From: a virus
DNA length: 64,000 nt
Reading direction: 5' to 3' (one strand)
Virus record (IMG/VR): IMGVR_UViG_3300036046_000003
Location: 1-64,000 of that record
Positions 1-9,769 of this stretch are shown in pieces; the first letter of the stretch is position 1, and each line of letters opens with the position of its first letter. The notes below the pieces were generated by a model, which was not told the DNA's origin, did not search any database, and worked only from the letters and a program-made list of their open reading frames with translations. The position numbers and the translations under genes were made by a program.

Positions 1-530
1 CACAATCCAAATAGTTGAACAGAGAGGATCTTTAGGAGAGAGTTCTCGGAAGAGCGGGAGCTGGAATAGCCTACACAAGCCCGATAGGGCGAGTGGGGAT
101 CTTGTCCTCTTGTTCTTCGGGCTTGTGGCGGGTAAACATAACGTTTTAACGAATTTTTAACCAGACAAAGGAGATCCTTAGAAGAAGTCTCTTTATCTGA
201 TACTCTCTTACCTGGGGGTTGCACCCCCAGACCCCCGCAAGTTTGGTTTACGCCGCTTCACTTCGTTTCGCGGCGAACCAAACTTAATTTTAGAACAGAG
301 TTCCAACTGCCTACAACGCCCACTTCTAAGAGACCCACTACTGTATAGACCCTATACTATTGGCCCTAGATTTTGAAACGGAACGACCGCGTTTTCCCGC
401 GTATTAAAGCCGTATACCCTCATCTAAGGCTAGCCTAAAAACGGTGAACAGTCGTAAACGGCGCGGGAAAACCGCGCTGGGAAGGGAAACGATAAACAGA
501 AAATTGGTCAAAACTCTAATCTTTTTCTTC
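1..530 (+). repeat. Dispersed structured non-coding element, copy D (5' end cut off by the window; diverged after ~nt 126)
   Basis: nt 1-126 match 31830-31955. The rest keeps, in order, the GGGG-hairpin-CCCC..ACCCC motif, a second hairpin, CCTACAAC..CCCAC and CAAAACT(C/G)TAATC found in the other copies. Confidence 0.8.
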
Positions 531-615
531 GCGTTTGCGGCGTATTCGTAGACAGAGGGGCGGTCTTAAGGTAAGGTGGCCGCCTGTGGGGTTCTTTTAA
601 CGAGGGAGGCGGGCA

Positions 616-1098
616 GTGGTAGGGCAGGAACCGAGTAGAGGTTTTGTGGCGACGGCACCGAGCGGGGGGGACTTATTCGTATGGGACTTGGAGAAGTTTG
701 CATTGTTGGCGGAGTTAACGCGGGCGCAGATTTACAACGTTTTGCACGGGCGACAGAAAACGGCGCGGGGTTGGCTTTTGCGAGAGGCGACAACCGAGGA
801 GTATTTGGAGCACTCTTGCCGGTGGCTGGAAGCAAAGTGGGCGTTGGAAGAGGCGGAAGGTTTTGTGGAGCCGACACCAGAGCCGGATTATTGGTATGTG
901 TGTATCTCCCCGGCGGATAAAGAGTATCTGGTACGCGACCTGGGCGACTTTTGCGAGGAGCACGGATTGTCTGAGAGGTCGCTTCGCAAAGTAATGTACG
1001 GGTCGCGGCAGCAGGTACGAGGTTGGCGAGTGGGGCGGTTCAACGCAAACGAGGTTTCTTGCGGGGGTGTATTGCAGGGGCGTGCTGTATTGGTCTAG
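616..1098 (+). CDS. Putative DNA-binding protein with two NUMOD/HTH-like modules and no visible nuclease domain
   Basis: Two internal repeats of the form L..F.....L....(I/L)..V..G......GW, typical of homing-endonuclease DNA-binding modules; GGGAGG RBS upstream. Confidence 0.5.
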   Translation: MVGQEPSRGFVATAPSGGDLFVWDLEKFALLAELTRAQIYNVLHGRQKTARGWLLREATTEEYLEHSCRWLEAKWALEEAEGFVEPTPEPDYWYVCISPADKEYLVRDLGDFCEEHGLSERSLRKVMYGSRQQVRGWRVGRFNANEVSCGGVLQGRAVLV

Positions 1099-1263
1099 AA
1101 AGCGCTTTGCGCGGGGCTATTCCAAAGCGTTCCGCCTGGGCAAGCGCTGTTGTTAGAATAATTTGGAATAGCGGAGTATTGCCGCTTGCGCCGCGTCTCT
1201 TCGGAGGCGGGGCGCTTTCTCTTGTATGCCGCGTCAGGGGCGTGGTTCCCAAAGGAGGGCTTT

Positions 1264-1503
1264 GTGATCGTCCGAACTCTTACGTTCCCCAACGACCGGG
1301 CTGTGCTTGCTGAGATTGCCGACTACTCCGTAGACACGCTGTTGGTGGCGGGTGTTTCTTTTACCGAGCTGGTGGCTGACCCGGCCCTGGGTTACGAGCT
1401 AGTGAAGAAGCTGACGTTGCGGGGGGGTCAAATTGGTATCGGCCCCGACTTTGCGACCGCTTTACTGACGCTGACCCCGCAGAAAGAACCTGCAAGTGAA
1501 TAA
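1264..1503 (+). CDS. Hypothetical protein (start moved to the GTG after AAGGAGG)
   Basis: RBS upstream; overlaps the start of the next gene. Confidence 0.5.
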   Translation: MIVRTLTFPNDRAVLAEIADYSVDTLLVAGVSFTELVADPALGYELVKKLTLRGGQIGIGPDFATALLTLTPQKEPASE

Positions 1504-1981
1504 TTTTCGGCGCGATTATCAATTTGGCGCAATTTATGAACAGGTAGTGGCCGAGGTCGTTTGTGAGGCGCTTTGGCCGGGGGCAACGTTGGCGCAGGCC
1601 CCCACCTACGGCGATTTGGATTGGGTAGCCATTCAGCCGTCCCCGCTGGGTGAAGGAGTTGCGAAGCTGCTAGGGGCTTTGGAAGTGAAGGCGCGTCGTA
1701 TTTCGGGGTCTCGCTTTCCGTCCACTATCGTGGCGAGCCGCAAATCGGACGCCGCCAAAGCGTTTCGCGCTTTTTTTAAATGCCCCTCCTGGGCGGCTAT
1801 TCAGTTTACCGACAATCTAGCGCTGCTGAACCTCTTACTGCCGCCAGACAGCGAAGAGCTTATTAGTCGAAACGACCGGGACAAAGCGGTGCCCCATAGT
1901 ATTTACAGCCACGAGCGGCTAGATTGGCGGCCTGACCTATTTTTGGAGGTTCAGCGCCGCGTAGCGGTCTTAAACGACTAA
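1496..1981 (+). CDS. PD-(D/E)XK family nuclease
   Basis: E...GDLDW...LEVKAR motif spacing. Confidence 0.6.
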   Translation: MNNFRRDYQFGAIYEQVVAEVVCEALWPGATLAQAPTYGDLDWVAIQPSPLGEGVAKLLGALEVKARRISGSRFPSTIVASRKSDAAKAFRAFFKCPSWAAIQFTDNLALLNLLLPPDSEELISRNDRDKAVPHSIYSHERLDWRPDLFLEVQRRVAVLND

Positions 1982-2343
1982 AATTGAACGGCTGAACGTA
2001 GTCGCATACCGCAGTGCTCGCACCCTCCAAGAAAATAGTCTCCCTGGCGGGTTAGCCTTACGGTAAAGACCGGAAAAGGGTCTTCTTCTGCTTCTAGCGC
2101 GGGGCAGTGGTGTTCAATGGCGCGTATATTCGGAGGAAGGTCGATAACGGCGGTCAATAGGTCGTTGACTTCGCTTTCGTTTAGGGGTTCGCGCAAGCCG
2201 CAACAGTCGGGACAAAGTAAGACGTTTGCTCCGCCGATAAGAACGAAGCGCAGCGCCTCGTCCGGGGGTACGTTATCTTCGTTGACTATTTCTGCGGCAC
2301 TGCGTTCGCAGTACGCGCAGCAGGGCAGTTGACGGAAGCGCAT
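1978..2343 (-). CDS. Cys-rich, probably Zn-binding, hypothetical protein
   Basis: CAYC, CPDC, HC and CEHC motifs; AAGGAG upstream of the ATG at 2343. Confidence 0.55.
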   Translation of the reverse strand: MRFRQLPCCAYCERSAAEIVNEDNVPPDEALRFVLIGGANVLLCPDCCGLREPLNESEVNDLLTAVIDLPPNIRAIEHHCPALEAEEDPFPVFTVRLTRQGDYFLGGCEHCGMRLRSAVQF

Positions 2344-2544
2344 AAAACTCCTTTTGCAACGACAGTCGGGGTACGCCGCGTCTCTAGTATACGGGATACA
2401 GGTACTAGGGTGGGACGGTACAAAAGTCAGGTGGCTTAATGACAGCATCTTAACCGATTAGCCCTACGAACAAAGGTACACTCTCTTGTGCCGTCGCACA
2501 GGCAGGGTTGGCTTTGTACTCGTATCTAGTCCAGGAGATTTACT

Positions 2545-2772
2545 GTGGCGACACAGCAAGAGCACTGCTGTCCGTTTGGGCGGCTACATTCGCTGATAGA
2601 ACCCGTACAGATTGGTTCTTTCACTGTACTTACTTTTTGCGCGGCGCTTCGCGAAGCCGAGGGCGTTGACGCGGAAACATTTGAGCGTATTGCGGGCCGC
2701 ATACGCAGTGTAAACGAGCTAGAGGCAGCGATAGCGGCGTATTTAATCGGGACAACGCTAGAAGGAGGTTAG
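2545..2772 (+). CDS. Hypothetical protein
   Basis: AGGAG RBS; packed against the next ORF. Confidence 0.55.
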   Translation: MATQQEHCCPFGRLHSLIEPVQIGSFTVLTFCAALREAEGVDAETFERIAGRIRSVNELEAAIAAYLIGTTLEGG

Positions 2773-2775
2773 GTA

Positions 2776-3048
2776 ATGGGGGTACTGGAAGTTCGATTTG
2801 TTGCCGCCTTTAACGAGGCGGGTATCGCCACCCCGACTGAGCTGGAAGTATTAGTTGACGGACAGGCACTTGAAAACGCCGCGCTGGCAATTGTTATGGC
2901 TGGGAGCGTCGTCGGTGTCATTACCGCCGGGGACAAGTCCCCGGATACGTCGCTTGCTCTGGCGCGTCAGGCGGCGGGATTTGCTGCGGATACGCACACC
3001 GCTTGCTTGTCGGCGCTGCTTAGGGCGGCCTCGGCTCCGCAAGCGTAG
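2776..3048 (+). CDS. Hypothetical protein
   Basis: AGGAGG RBS. Confidence 0.55.
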   Translation: MGVLEVRFVAAFNEAGIATPTELEVLVDGQALENAALAIVMAGSVVGVITAGDKSPDTSLALARQAAGFAADTHTACLSALLRAASAPQA

Positions 3049-3102
3049 ACAGCGCAACGCGGTCGCGTATACTTGTGTCAATAGGGCGTTTTAGCCAAGT
3101 TC

Positions 3103-3115
3103 TGCATTAACTGCA
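3103..3115. promoter_or_regulatory. TGCA-N5-TGCA operator-like box upstream of polA (one of at least 14 copies; see findings)
   Basis: GTTCTGCATTAACTGCACAAGG, identical to 31795-31816. Confidence 0.7.
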
Positions 3116-3208
3116 CAAGGCCAACCCCTTCGGATAACCCCTCGTTACCGACGCCTTCACCGGCTTTCGGCTTCGAGGGGTCTTTTTTTATTTGAGGAGA
3201 CCACGAGT

Positions 3209-6103
3209 ATGCCCGTCACAAGCTACTATAACGAAACAGAGAGCGCTAAAGCAGCGGTTTCGGAGATAGTGCAGCTGTTGGCATCGGGACAGGTGGAGCT
3301 TTCTGTAGGTTTTGACCTCGAAACCAGCCCAATTGCGGGTTTGACGGACTACCCCTCCAACCGTTTTGACGAGGCGGGCGAGCGGGTTACACCAAACAAG
3401 CGAGATTACCTTGGGTACACGCAGGCCCTTTGGCGTTCCGCCTTTAACGGGGAGGCACTGGCTCGGATAGGGCTGTTTGTGCCGCGCAAGTTGACAAGCG
3501 GGAACGAAACAAAGGGCGTTCCGGTGCGGCTGGCCTGGGAATTGTTTCTTTCGAGACTAAACGAACTGGAAGCGACCGGAAACCTGATTAACCTTCTGGA
3601 TAGTTGTCGTTGGACGGAGGCGGAGCTTTTGCGCCAAACGCGGGTCTGTGCGGGCCAGTTGAAAGCGGCACAGGCGCAAATAGCGCAGACGGAAGCGGCG
3701 ATTGCGGCGCGCCCGTTGAAGGGGTTGCGCAAGCTAGAGCGCGCGCTGAAAGCGGATCAAGCGGAACTGGCGGAGCACAAGCAACAGCTATCTTGGCTGG
3801 CGCAAGCGGCAGTGGCTCCGCAGGTAGACACTCGTTTACTGGTTCACATCGCCCGTTGTGGTGCTGAGCCAAAGCGAATTAAGATAGACCCGATAAAACC
3901 AGGACTTGACCCGTATACCGCTGATATTTTCCTTCTTCAAATGACGCTGGTGCGAAAAGGCGCGTACACCGGCTGTACCAACCCCACCGAGTACGGCAAT
4001 CGACTTCGTCAATTGCTGGCGGAGGATAGCGACACGATCCAGACGTGGCTATTTAACGTACAGAAGATAGATAAAGAGGCACTTCGCCCGCTTCTACGTC
4101 TGCCGGGGGCGCGTTATTTGGGGGCAAACATTAAGTTTGACCTGAAACATACGCTTCATTATTGGAGTGAGGCTCCAAAGAACGTATTTTGTACGAGGGT
4201 CGCCAATCGAATGCTGTTCCTGGGCTTGCGGAACGTTTCACACTCACTGGCCGCCACAACCGAGCGCCACCTGGGGTTAAAACTTTCTAAGGAGGAGCGG
4301 AACCTATTCGTTGGTCGGCGCTATGAGGAGCCTACAGAGGATATGCTTCGTTACGCGGCACGCGACACTGAGGTTCTGTTGGCGCTGGCGGGGGCGCAGG
4401 AAGCGATTGCCGCCACCCGAGGTCAGGTTGACCTGCTGGATACGTTCAGTCGGTTGTCGTACCCGACCGCGATTAGCGAGCTGGTGGGTTTTCGGCTGGA
4501 TACTGCCAAATGGCTTTCCAATACGGCGTTTGCCGTACAAGAGCGCGATCAAGCCGCTGCACAGCTAGAGCAGATGCTACTTCCTGTGGGCTATGCGGAT
4601 TTATTGGGCGGGACAGCGGTTAACCAACCAACGGAAGACGGCGAAGAAGACGAGGGAGACCCGCGCCCAAGCGCACTCATTCGGATCAGCCAGGGCGCGT
4701 TGGTGTTGGAACGTCTGGTAGACGTTTTGGGGAGGCCCGTATTTCAACAAACGTTTGAAGCTAACCGCGAAAAGCCGTCCCTGGATAAAGACGCCCGTGA
4801 GCTGCTAGAGACAAACTATATCAAGCTCTACGGAAAGTCTCACCCATTTTTTAGCCTTTACACGCGCTGGGTAAAAATGGCGAAGGCCGTAAGTACCTAC
4901 GGCGTATCATTCCTGCACAACGTACACCCTTTAACGGGGCGTATTCACGCGAGCCTGCACATAGCGGGAACCGACACGGGACGTTTTTCATCGACTGAGC
5001 CGAACGCGCTAAACATTCCACGCGGCGAAGACGGAATTGACTTTCGTGGCGCTTTTTTGGCTCCCGAAGGCTATTTGTTTGGCGGCGCTGATTACGCCTC
5101 TATGGAACAACGCATTGCGGCAGCCCTTACCGGCGACCCGGTGTTGACGGCTCTTTTTGAGGCGAACGGCGACAGTCATAGCGTTTCCGCTGCGATGATG
5201 TATCACGTTCGACGGGGCGCGGTGTCAGCCCCCGTAGGGTCGGTCGAAGACTGGCGGGAAGGCTCGCTTACCGATAGTATTCCGAAGGTGCTTCTACCCG
5301 CGAGCTGGACGCCGCTGCAAGTGGTGGAGTGGCTAGTAAAAGAACGCTGTTTTGAGATTATTGGAAAGGACGGGCAAGTAAAGGCGGTCTCTCTAATGGA
5401 ATTGATTGAGGCCAAACACAAGAAAACTACCCGGCAAAGTGCGAAAACCGTAGGGCTGGGGAAGCAGTTCGGTATGTCGAAGTTTGGCATTGCCCGTAAA
5501 AAGAATATCCCGTTGGCGCAGGCTGAGGAAATAGAAAACCTGTACGACGGAACCTACGCGGTAATGAAGGCAGGTCAGGACGCGGCGGCCAGGAAACCGT
5601 TTGAGAACTACACCGAAACGGAAGACGGTGAGCGTTTCGGGTACGGCGAGGCGTATAACAATCTACGCCGTTGGTTTCTTTTGCCGCACAATCCTAGCCG
5701 CAGGGAGTATCAGCCGGGTTCGGCGGGCGATACTCAGTTTCAGGCGGCGCAGCGGGAATATAAAAAGCGTTGCGGGGCTATTGAGCGGGAAGCTAAGAAC
5801 GTAGGTACGCAGGGCGGAAACGCGGTGATTACGGCAGAGGCTACTTTGCTACTCCTGCAAATGGGAGGCGCACATAGGCCCGCGTACCGAGAGGATACCC
5901 CCGAGGGTCGCCTTCGCCTGGGTATTTTTCCGTTCCTTTCGATCTATGACGAATTGTTGTGTTTGGTGCCGACCGGGGTAAGCGAAAAAGACGCGAACGC
6001 GGTAATTACCGGAGCGATGCTAGAGCCGTCTGAAAAGTATATCGTTGGGGTTCCGAGCAAGGCGGAAGGCAACCCACTTGACCCTTGCTGGGTGAAACAC
6101 TAA
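3209..6103 (+). CDS. polA: Family A DNA polymerase with 3'-5' exonuclease domain
   Basis: ExoI FDLETS, ExoII NIKFD, ExoIII YAARD, TGRFSS..PN.LNIP, motif A DYASMEQR, motif B RQSAKTVGLG..FG, motif C YDEL. Confidence 0.93.
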   Translation: MPVTSYYNETESAKAAVSEIVQLLASGQVELSVGFDLETSPIAGLTDYPSNRFDEAGERVTPNKRDYLGYTQALWRSAFNGEALARIGLFVPRKLTSGNETKGVPVRLAWELFLSRLNELEATGNLINLLDSCRWTEAELLRQTRVCAGQLKAAQAQIAQTEAAIAARPLKGLRKLERALKADQAELAEHKQQLSWLAQAAVAPQVDTRLLVHIARCGAEPKRIKIDPIKPGLDPYTADIFLLQMTLVRKGAYTGCTNPTEYGNRLRQLLAEDSDTIQTWLFNVQKIDKEALRPLLRLPGARYLGANIKFDLKHTLHYWSEAPKNVFCTRVANRMLFLGLRNVSHSLAATTERHLGLKLSKEERNLFVGRRYEEPTEDMLRYAARDTEVLLALAGAQEAIAATRGQVDLLDTFSRLSYPTAISELVGFRLDTAKWLSNTAFAVQERDQAAAQLEQMLLPVGYADLLGGTAVNQPTEDGEEDEGDPRPSALIRISQGALVLERLVDVLGRPVFQQTFEANREKPSLDKDARELLETNYIKLYGKSHPFFSLYTRWVKMAKAVSTYGVSFLHNVHPLTGRIHASLHIAGTDTGRFSSTEPNALNIPRGEDGIDFRGAFLAPEGYLFGGADYASMEQRIAAALTGDPVLTALFEANGDSHSVSAAMMYHVRRGAVSAPVGSVEDWREGSLTDSIPKVLLPASWTPLQVVEWLVKERCFEIIGKDGQVKAVSLMELIEAKHKKTTRQSAKTVGLGKQFGMSKFGIARKKNIPLAQAEEIENLYDGTYAVMKAGQDAAARKPFENYTETEDGERFGYGEAYNNLRRWFLLPHNPSRREYQPGSAGDTQFQAAQREYKKRCGAIEREAKNVGTQGGNAVITAEATLLLLQMGGAHRPAYREDTPEGRLRLGIFPFLSIYDELLCLVPTGVSEKDANAVITGAMLEPSEKYIVGVPSKAEGNPLDPCWVKH

Positions 6104-6154
6104 TAGAAAGCGGGCGCTTCGCAAAAAAAAGCGCCCGCTATAACGGAGATTGTT

Positions 6155-7150
6155 GTGCCAATTACGTCTCTTACCTATACGCCCCCTGTAACGAGCACCG
6201 CCGCATTGGCGGTCAACCTGGGCGTCTCCGAGCAAATTACCCGCTACGCCCTGGACGTTCTTGGCGTGACCCTGCTGGAAGCGGCTGACGCCGCCGTAAG
6301 GGCATTGCTGCGGGGGTGGTTGCCCGAGGGAGAGCGCGAGACCGTACAGATAGTGGTGGTCTCACGGGCGCTTTTCGACCGAGCCGTTGTGCCGAGCGGC
6401 GACTTGCTGGTGTGTCGGGACAGTGGGCGCTTGCGCGACCTGGGAGATAGGCCATTGGCTGTGCGCCTGTACGAGGTGGCGCGCTCTTTGCGGGGCAACC
6501 GAGAGCAGACGCGCATTTACGCAAGCGGCGTTACCGAGTGCCGCCGCAAGAATGCGTACAGTCTTATGGGTACGCTAAAAGCCCCCGTAGGGGCTAATAA
6601 TCCCGAGTGGGCGGTAGTGGCGGAGTTTGGAACCGCTCTTCACGCACTATTTGAGGGTTGGTTGGTGGCGATTGGACTTTCGGAGAAGGCGGAGTTTCGG
6701 CTAGGAAACGAGTACTGGTCAGGCCGAGCAGACCACCGAGTCGCCGTAGACGGCGTTTCGTATATCCTCGATTTGAAGACGGTTAGTCGTCGGGACTTTG
6801 CAAAAGGGCCTACAAGCGAGAAGTTTGCAAAATACCGGGCACAAATGGCGCTGTACTGCGCCGAGGAGGGACTAGAAACGGCGCTCGTGTTGTTGTACTG
6901 CCGAGATAGCGGAAGGTTGGCTGAATACACTATCTCGGTGGGCGACGGCGGGGAGGCGCGTCGTTGGAGCGCTCGCGCCGCTGAGATTGTATTGGCGGTA
7001 CGCCGAGGGGAGTTGCCGGTTGCGGACGACTTTCGCAACGGCGAACCTACGTTTGGTTGTCGTAACTTTTGCCCGTTTCTAGCTGACTGTACCGCCGTGG
7101 AGCTTTCCCGACAGGCGGCGAGACACAACGCAGAGGTAGACAGTCACTAA
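6155..7150 (+). CDS. Cas4-like / RecB-family exonuclease with Fe-S cysteines
   Basis: C..., GTALH, GRAD, DLKT, QMALY and terminal C..FCPF...C. Confidence 0.8.
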   Translation: MPITSLTYTPPVTSTAALAVNLGVSEQITRYALDVLGVTLLEAADAAVRALLRGWLPEGERETVQIVVVSRALFDRAVVPSGDLLVCRDSGRLRDLGDRPLAVRLYEVARSLRGNREQTRIYASGVTECRRKNAYSLMGTLKAPVGANNPEWAVVAEFGTALHALFEGWLVAIGLSEKAEFRLGNEYWSGRADHRVAVDGVSYILDLKTVSRRDFAKGPTSEKFAKYRAQMALYCAEEGLETALVLLYCRDSGRLAEYTISVGDGGEARRWSARAAEIVLAVRRGELPVADDFRNGEPTFGCRNFCPFLADCTAVELSRQAARHNAEVDSH

Positions 7151-7203
7151 ACGGGTGCGTATACTCATCAGGGCCGACACCCCCGAACAAAAGGAAGGTT
7201 CTC

Positions 7204-7791
7204 TTGTTTGACCTACTGCCAAATGACCTGTTTTTGACGGGATACATTGCGTCCGGTAAGGACTTTGTAGCAAACCAACTGGTTGCGCAAGCGGGTTACA
7301 CGCGCCTTAGCTTTGCCGACGCGCTCAAACAGGAAGTCGCCTCGTTTGCGGGCATTACAGTAGGCGAGCTGAACCAACGCAAGGCCGACTTTCGAGCGGT
7401 ACTGCAAACGGTGGGTGTTTCCCGCCGTAAAGCTGACGAAAACTACTGGATTGGGCGTTGGGAGGCCGCCCGAGCCTTTATTTCGGGGCCGGTGGTCTGC
7501 GCCGACGTTCGTTTTCCTAACGAGGCGCAGTTTGCCCGCCTAACGCGAGGGCTGTTGCTGCGCGTGTCAGTACCGGAGGAGGAGCGCAGACGGCGGGTAA
7601 TCGCCCGCGACGGGGTTTACAACCCCGATTGGGCGCAGCACGAGAGCGAACGCTACGTAAGTACGCTTCCGGTCGATGGTGAGCTTTCGGGACTGCTGGC
7701 CCCGGCTGAAATTGTTCCGGCGATACGTATGCAGTTCGCCACAAAGTTGCGATCAAACGCGGTACACGAGTATTTGACGTGGAGAACGTAA
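7204..7791 (+). CDS. Deoxynucleoside monophosphate kinase
   Basis: TG..ASGKD, SFADALK, DVRFPNE and HESE motifs of phage dNMP kinases. Confidence 0.85.
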   Translation: MFDLLPNDLFLTGYIASGKDFVANQLVAQAGYTRLSFADALKQEVASFAGITVGELNQRKADFRAVLQTVGVSRRKADENYWIGRWEAARAFISGPVVCADVRFPNEAQFARLTRGLLLRVSVPEEERRRRVIARDGVYNPDWAQHESERYVSTLPVDGELSGLLAPAEIVPAIRMQFATKLRSNAVHEYLTWRT

Positions 7792-7991
7792 GATTGTCTA
7801 AGTGGAAGCCATACACCGGGCCGCGCAAAGAACTGCTGCCCACTGACCTTGATTACAGCAACCCGGAAATACGCGCCTGTTTACGCCGCCTGTATGATTA
7901 TCTGCTGGCCGAAGCGCGAACAGAGGAACCAACAGACGCGCCGCTACTTGCCGTAAATCCACACGAGGCCACAACACCACGCGCCGCTTAG
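7779..7991 (+). CDS. Small hypothetical protein just upstream of the serine recombinase (possible directionality factor)
   Basis: Overlaps the kinase stop; position only. Confidence 0.35.
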   Translation: MENVRLSKWKPYTGPRKELLPTDLDYSNPEIRACLRRLYDYLLAEARTEEPTDAPLLAVNPHEATTPRAA

Positions 7992-8043
7992 TTTATCCGC
8001 CTTGCCTACCTGGGCGAGGCGGATTTTCTTGTTTGGAGCTTGT

Positions 8044-9675
8044 ATGTATTTAGGAACAGCCGGACAGGCGGTAGTAGCGGCTACGTACAGCCGTGTTTCG
8101 ACAAACAAACAACTGGACGGGATTTCGCTTGCAGACCAAGAGATTACGATCCTGGCTTACGCGGAACGGAACGAAATCACCGTTCCCGAGGGATACCGTT
8201 TCCGCGAGGCAGTTAGTGGTTTGAAGGACGAGCGCGAAGAGTACGAAAAAATTCGACAGCTTATTCGACAACGCAAGATAAACGCGCTGTTGGTATACGC
8301 TTCCGACCGACACACCCGCGACCCTATTCACGGAAAGATTTTTCGGGCGGAACTGCGCAATTCCCGCTGTACGCTGCACATCGTTAGTGAGGGCGGCGAG
8401 GTAGACATATACACTGCGCAGGGCGAACTAATGGCGACGATTAAAGACGCCTTTAATCGTTACTGGCTAGATAAGATCCTAGAGACAACGTATCATAAAA
8501 AGCAGGCGTACTTGCGCCAAGGCGTTCCGTTCTTGCAGGGCGTTCCGCGTTACGGGTATGTGCGCCAGGGGAAGCGGGGCGCGGCGATTGCGGCGATAGA
8601 CGAGGAAGTACGGCCTGTTATACAGCGCATTTACGATCTAGCAGACGCAGGATTTAGTGGGCACGCCATAGCAAGGCAATTGAGTGACGCGCCAACCCCA
8701 CAGCAGCGCCGGTCGAAAACGTCCCGCAAAGGCAAATGGGGACTTACCGCCGTAATGAGTATTCTACGGGACGAGATTTATGCGGGAGTATTTTACGGAA
8801 ACCGCACAAGTACCGTTACCGTTGACGGTAAGCGTATCCGTAGTTGGAGACCCAAAGAGGAGTGGATACGGGTAGAAGTACCCGCAATTATTTCAAGGGA
8901 ACAGTGGGAGCGCGTCCAACAAAAACTAGACGCGGCTAATTCGGACAAGCCAAAATGGCACGCGAAGCACGAGTATCTGCTGGGTCGGCGCGTTCGCTGT
9001 GGGCGATGCGGGCGGCGAATGACTTCCTATCCAGGTAGACACGACGGAAAAGGACGGCTGTACTACCGCTGCGTCAACGCGGCCAACCCACGGGTCGCCG
9101 TAACCGCTTGTGACCTTACCACGGTCTTTCGTGCTGATCTCGTAGACGCGGCGGTTTGGGAGCGTCTATGCGGCTTTGTACGCCAACCGGAGGCGTTTCT
9201 TATCCGGTTGGAGGACGCACAAGAGGGCCGCCGCGAGAGTACGGAGCGGGCGCAAGCTCAGCTAGACGAAACGGCGGCCCTCCTGGCCGAAAACGAGACA
9301 CAGGTTGCCACTCTCGTACGTGAACTCGCTAAGTATGCGGGTAGGTTGCCGGTGGTGGCCGCCGCTATCGAACAACAACTAGAGCAGCTAGGAGCTACCG
9401 AAGCCGCCTTAGCAGATCGTAAACGCCAGCTAGAGGCTCGCCTCAAACAGAAAGCGGCAGCCGAAATTGAACTAACGTCACTGGCGGACGTAGCGGCGCG
9501 CATTGCACCCCTGCTAGACCGCGCTGACTTTCAAACAAAACGAACCGCTGTAGAGCTTTTACAGTGGCAATTTGAACTGGACGTGGTGGAAGGGCGGCGC
9601 TCTGTCGCGGTGCTCTGGTTCGACGTTCGTAGCGAGTTTTTTGTGGAGCACGCAAAAAAGCCAAAACAGCCGTAG
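8044..9675 (+). CDS. Large serine recombinase (integrase)
   Basis: YSRVST..Q catalytic motif, DRHTR, recombinase domain (YGY, PAIIS.E.WE.VQ), Zn ribbon CGRCG...YYRC, coiled coil. Confidence 0.93.
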   Translation: MYLGTAGQAVVAATYSRVSTNKQLDGISLADQEITILAYAERNEITVPEGYRFREAVSGLKDEREEYEKIRQLIRQRKINALLVYASDRHTRDPIHGKIFRAELRNSRCTLHIVSEGGEVDIYTAQGELMATIKDAFNRYWLDKILETTYHKKQAYLRQGVPFLQGVPRYGYVRQGKRGAAIAAIDEEVRPVIQRIYDLADAGFSGHAIARQLSDAPTPQQRRSKTSRKGKWGLTAVMSILRDEIYAGVFYGNRTSTVTVDGKRIRSWRPKEEWIRVEVPAIISREQWERVQQKLDAANSDKPKWHAKHEYLLGRRVRCGRCGRRMTSYPGRHDGKGRLYYRCVNAANPRVAVTACDLTTVFRADLVDAAVWERLCGFVRQPEAFLIRLEDAQEGRRESTERAQAQLDETAALLAENETQVATLVRELAKYAGRLPVVAAAIEQQLEQLGATEAALADRKRQLEARLKQKAAAEIELTSLADVAARIAPLLDRADFQTKRTAVELLQWQFELDVVEGRRSVAVLWFDVRSEFFVEHAKKPKQP

Positions 9676-9769
9676 GTGAGGACTTTGGTGCTTGGTGAAG
9701 TAACAAAGCGCCCACCTACGCTGTCTTAGCTTTTCTTTGTTTGGGGCTATCCGAGGCTGAACCCGGTGA

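Noticed and set aside
3329-3898. Intein in PolA
   Set aside because: No C-terminal His-Asn followed by Cys/Ser/Thr and no LAGLIDADG motifs.
6155-7150. CRISPR-Cas adaptation gene
   Set aside because: Stand-alone Cas4-like nucleases are common in phage replication modules; no cas1 or cas2 is present.
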